Below, piece by piece: positions 60,736 to 64,000 of a stretch of DNA of 64,000 nt. Within the stretch, counting starts at the first letter, position 1. Each line of letters begins with the position of its first letter. The notes under the pieces are model-generated. The model ran no database searches and was not told where the DNA came from. It saw only the letters and a list, made by a program, of their open reading frames with translations. Made by a program: the position numbers and the translations under genes. The stretch is from Vicugna vicugna (lineage: Eukaryota): positions 2,297,880 through 2,361,879 of the forward strand of contig MU062295.1 of the NCBI GenBank assembly GCA_013265495.1, read 5' to 3'.

Positions 60736-61429
60736 AGAAAGTGGCGTAAAACAGATGGCTCTGTTCTTTGACCAAAGATGGTGCTGGAAGGTGGGGGATG
60801 AGGGGGAGAGTGGTGGCATTTTTCTTTAACGAAATTATTCAGCACTGCATGCAGAGCCTCTGTAGGGGTGTCGGGGAGAGGGGATGCAGGACCAGGATCT
60901 GACTTTGTGTGTGTGAAGCCCTCTGATGCCCTGAAGACCCACGGAGGCACAAGCGTGGAGTTTGTGTGCCCACTTTTTTTGTGTGTGGGGAGGGGTTCTG
61001 TGGCTTTCCTGAGATCCTCCTCAAAGATTTGGCACTCCCTGCCCCTTTCCCCCCAAAAAAGGTATTTAAAGAAATTTCTAGCTCATGGTGGAGAAACACA
61101 TGCCCAGATATAACGGTCTACACAGGACAGGGATCCAGGCAAGCAAGTGATGTGTGTGCTGCTTGCAGAGGTGAATTGTGGTCTTAGGGCTCATGACAGT
61201 TTTAAATCTCCCTGGAGGAAGAGTCCTCCCTGGGTGGGGGTGGAGTGCAAGGGAGAAGGCAGGGTAGTGGAACCACTGGCCCTATTGACATGACTGGTAC
61301 TCAGGCTTTTTAACCAGAAAGAGAGACAGAGACACAGAAAGAGATAGCATGGTACACTAGATGAAGAAGCCACCTGTGAGTCTCATCCCTGTGTATAATT
61401 GATGCTGGTAGAGGAGCTTGTTGGTGGAA

Positions 61430-61550
61430 AAGGAAAAACACAGACTTGGCAGGCAGATCTTAGATTACATCTTGGCCCCAATGCCTGCTTGCTGTGTGAC
61501 TTTGGGCAAGGCACTTCACCTCTCTGTGCCTCAGCTGGCTCATTATGACT
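61430..61550 (+). mobile_element. MIR
   Basis: GCTGTGTGACTTTGGGCAAGGCACTTCACCTCTCTGTGCCTCAG. Confidence 0.8.
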
Positions 61551-62062
61551 ACAGTCTTGGTGCCAGGAAGGGTTCGGGATAACTCAAGAGCTGGCACACC
61601 GCTGATGGTCAGGAAATGGCAGCTGTCACTGTTGCCTGGCAGAGGGGGCAGGTCTCAAAAGTCCAGTAGTTTCCACAGGTTAGCTGCTGGGTTTTGCATG
61701 AACTGTAGGGTGAGCAAAAACGGGCCAGAATTTGAGAACGAGGGGAGGGAGGTGTTGTGGGAAGGTAAGTTTGGAAGCTTCTAAGTGAAAAGATGGGTTA
61801 GAAGGGAGGGGGCAACAGGAAGAAGTAAGAATTTACATGACTAGTTTGGGAGCGGAGACCTGCTTTTTGCCTCTTTTGATATGGACTTTCATTCTCTCTG
61901 GTCTCCGACTTGATCTGGTCCTCCAGCTCCTGTAGGCAAATGAGGATTCCAAACGGGCAGACCATGTGGGTCCCAAGTGGGCCTGGGATGTTTGACAGCA
62001 GATGTCCCATGCTTGCTCTGTGCCTCCTGTCTGGAAGCTCGAGGTGGTGGGGCGGGGCGGGA

Positions 62063-62166
62063 GGGAGAAGGTAGAGCCCAGTGGTAGAGCATGTGCTTAT
62101 TAGCATGCATGAGGTCCAGGGTTCAATCCCCAATACCTCCATTAAAAAATTATTTTTTTAAAGAAA
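62063..62166 (+). mobile_element. tRNA-derived SINE, camelid type
   Basis: GTAGAGCCCAGTGGTAGAG...GCATGAGGTCCAGGGTTCAATCCCCAATACCTCC plus A/T-rich tail; B box 62120-62129. Confidence 0.85.
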
Positions 62167-62184
62167 AAACGAAAAGACAGCTCA

Positions 62185-62360
62185 GGGGTCAGTGCTCCAC
62201 CTCTTGAGTTAGAGAGACCTGAGAAGTCAGATCACCCCTCAGAGCCTCGTTTTCCCATCTGTAAAATGGAATAATTTCAGGACTGTCATAGGCTTATTGG
62301 GAAGGTTGAATGAAAGGAACTTCCAGCACTTAGCTCAACGCACAGCCCATGGGAAATGCT
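62185..62360 (+). mobile_element. MIR
   Basis: CTCAGAGCCTCGTTTTCCCATCTGTAAAATGG. Confidence 0.8.
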
Positions 62361-62589
62361 CAGTATACATCTTTCATCGCCATTGCGTCTCCTCCAGAGT
62401 GGGGGCTGAGGGGTGCAGTGCCTTGGCAAGGGGCTGTGTTCTGGTGCTGCTGGACTTGACAGCTCATAAGGGAACACCATCTAGAAATGGCCCTAAAATT
62501 GGGGACCTAAGCAGGGAGCCGGCAGTTTGCACACCTGGTCCATCATTCAGAACATAGTTCTACTCCAAGGTTTCTAGGAAAGTATTACT

Positions 62590-62735
62590 TTTTTATCATT
62601 ATATTTCATAGGAAAAAAAACTGCCAATTAAACTATAGCCACTATTGATTCTAAGAATCCATCCGGATTTTAAAGATGTTACAGTGACATGGTGGCGAGG
62701 GAGGGGAGTACAGCTTAGAATGAATGCAATGTAGT
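62590..62735. mobile_element. Old Tigger-like DNA transposon fragment
   Basis: ATTGATTCTAAGAATCCATCCGGATTTTAAAGATGTT...CTTAGAATGAATG resembles old Tigger termini. Confidence 0.35.
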
Positions 62736-63799
62736 GGGGCTAAAATAGAGTGTAAAGCAAAATTTACATTAATTTTTAAGATTAAAGCATGAAAGTTTGA
62801 AGGGAAACACCGAAAGCTTTGGTATAGCCCCAGAATGTGAGAGTATGTGTGAATTTGCCTCCACTGTCAGAGTGATTCAGTTTAAAGGTTGAGGGTGGGG
62901 AGGGAGGAACGGCCGGATTTGATCTCCTTGTAAGTTTAGGTGGAGAGTGGGCGGTGTGGGGAAGGGACCACAAACTCCAGAGTGCTCTTTGTCATCCTGG
63001 GGCCCGAACATCCTCAGGGAGCCATGGTGTGTGTTCACTTCACTTGGGGGAAAATTTGCACACAGTACTTTCAGAAGGAAGGGACCATCATGAAAGCATG
63101 CAAATAACCCCACACCTCAACAGTACTGGAAACCACAGAGCACGCCCACCCAGGGAGAGAAGCTGCTTCCTGTGAGCCGCAGACCAGCACCTCTCCCAGT
63201 GGGTATTTGGTAGAGATTGTGGGGGACACCGAATGTTGCCCTTTGGCCCTTAAAACTTTGTGGCATGTCTCAGGTGGTTAGAAGGGGTCTAGTGGAGCTG
63301 CCTTCTTTCTGCCCGGGCCCCTCGGCTCCTACCTGCACAGCACCACGTGGAGACAGGCCTCTGGGCAGGGCTGGTGTCGGAGAGCCTTCTGCCTCGTCTT
63401 TGGCAGGGAAGTGGGATCACACCTCCAGGCCCCATTGAGGCTAACAATAGACTGGTAATAACGGTGCCACCAACTTCAACAGAGTAGTTCTATCTGTCAT
63501 CTGTCGGAGTGCTGGGCTCTGAGGGTTGGAGGGGAGGCTGGCATTGTGTCAAGGAGCTGGCAGGTGGAGGAATGGAGGTGCTGAGAGACGTGTGATTCCC
63601 TGAGCTGATTATTAGTGCAGGGGAGGATCCAGAGGAGCAGACCCAGACCTGAGGACACCCTCTGCGCTGGAGGAGGAAGGGACTTGAAGGTGGGAGTGGA
63701 TATTCAGCAAGCTGAGGAGCCGCGTGCACTAGGCTGGGCACACTGAATGGGCATTCGTGGAGGGGTTGGCGACTCTATGAGTAAATATATTTAGAAAAA

Positions 63800-64000
63800 T
63801 TTTTTTTCCTGATACAAAAGTACGTGATCACTGTAGATAATACACACCAACAAAAGAAGAAAAAAAATCAGCCAATAATCCTGTCACCTAGAATTAACCA
63901 GCACTGGTCTTTTTTTTTTTTTAAGTAATTTACAAAAAATGAGATAATTTAATTATTGTTTCGATTATAGAGAGCATCTTTCCAAGCTATTAAGTATTCC
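63800..64000 (-). mobile_element. L1ME-type terminal fragment
   Basis: ATACAAAAGTACGTGATCACTGTAG...AATCAGCCAATAATCCTGTCACCTAG. Confidence 0.45.

Noticed and set aside
837-63741. Remaining 60-185 aa ORFs in the track
   Set aside because: No recognisable protein family; many lie in L1/MIR/MER/L2 or span Ns; the number is consistent with chance
1-64000. CRISPR array, rRNA, operon or other prokaryotic system
   Set aside because: No regularly spaced repeat-spacer structure or dense coding; the sequence is clearly mammalian

Overview
Mammalian genomic DNA, most likely camelid. That inference rests on two tRNA-derived SINEs of camelid type and cetartiodactyl-type L1 3' ends; repeat family names below come from recalled consensus sequences, not a RepeatMasker run. 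No protein-coding exon can be supported. The listed ORFs are chance ORFs, repeat-derived, or run through N blocks. The window is dominated by interspersed repeats: old and younger L1, L2, MIR, MaLR LTRs (MLT1), hAT elements (MER3, MER5A, MER20, MER58, MER63, MER94) and a Tigger7/MER44-type element. The one clear gene landmark is a CpG island at about 41.3-42.65 kb, with a (GGC)6 tract and a 5'UTR-like sequence reading on the + strand. Two N blocks (42158-42567, 42850-43159) hide the probable rest of exon 1, so the gene is not named; 43-64 kb looks like intron 1. Strong minus-strand splice donors just upstream suggest a divergent spliced RNA. The most unusual signals are: (1) an exact 82-bp copy of 7260-7341 at 9325-9406 preceded by two overlapping fold-back hairpins, resembling a templated repair insertion; (2) a (GACCTT)4 array forming overlapping AGGTCA DR0/TCAAGGTCA nuclear-receptor sites; (3) two + strand AG|GT recursive-splice-like sites, one with a perfect TACTAAC branch point; (4) a 21-bp palindrome containing a perfect ATF4/C-EBP element; (5) an orphan L1 5'UTR. 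No prokaryote-type system (CRISPR, operon) is present, and I cannot support a wholly new biological system from sequence alone.
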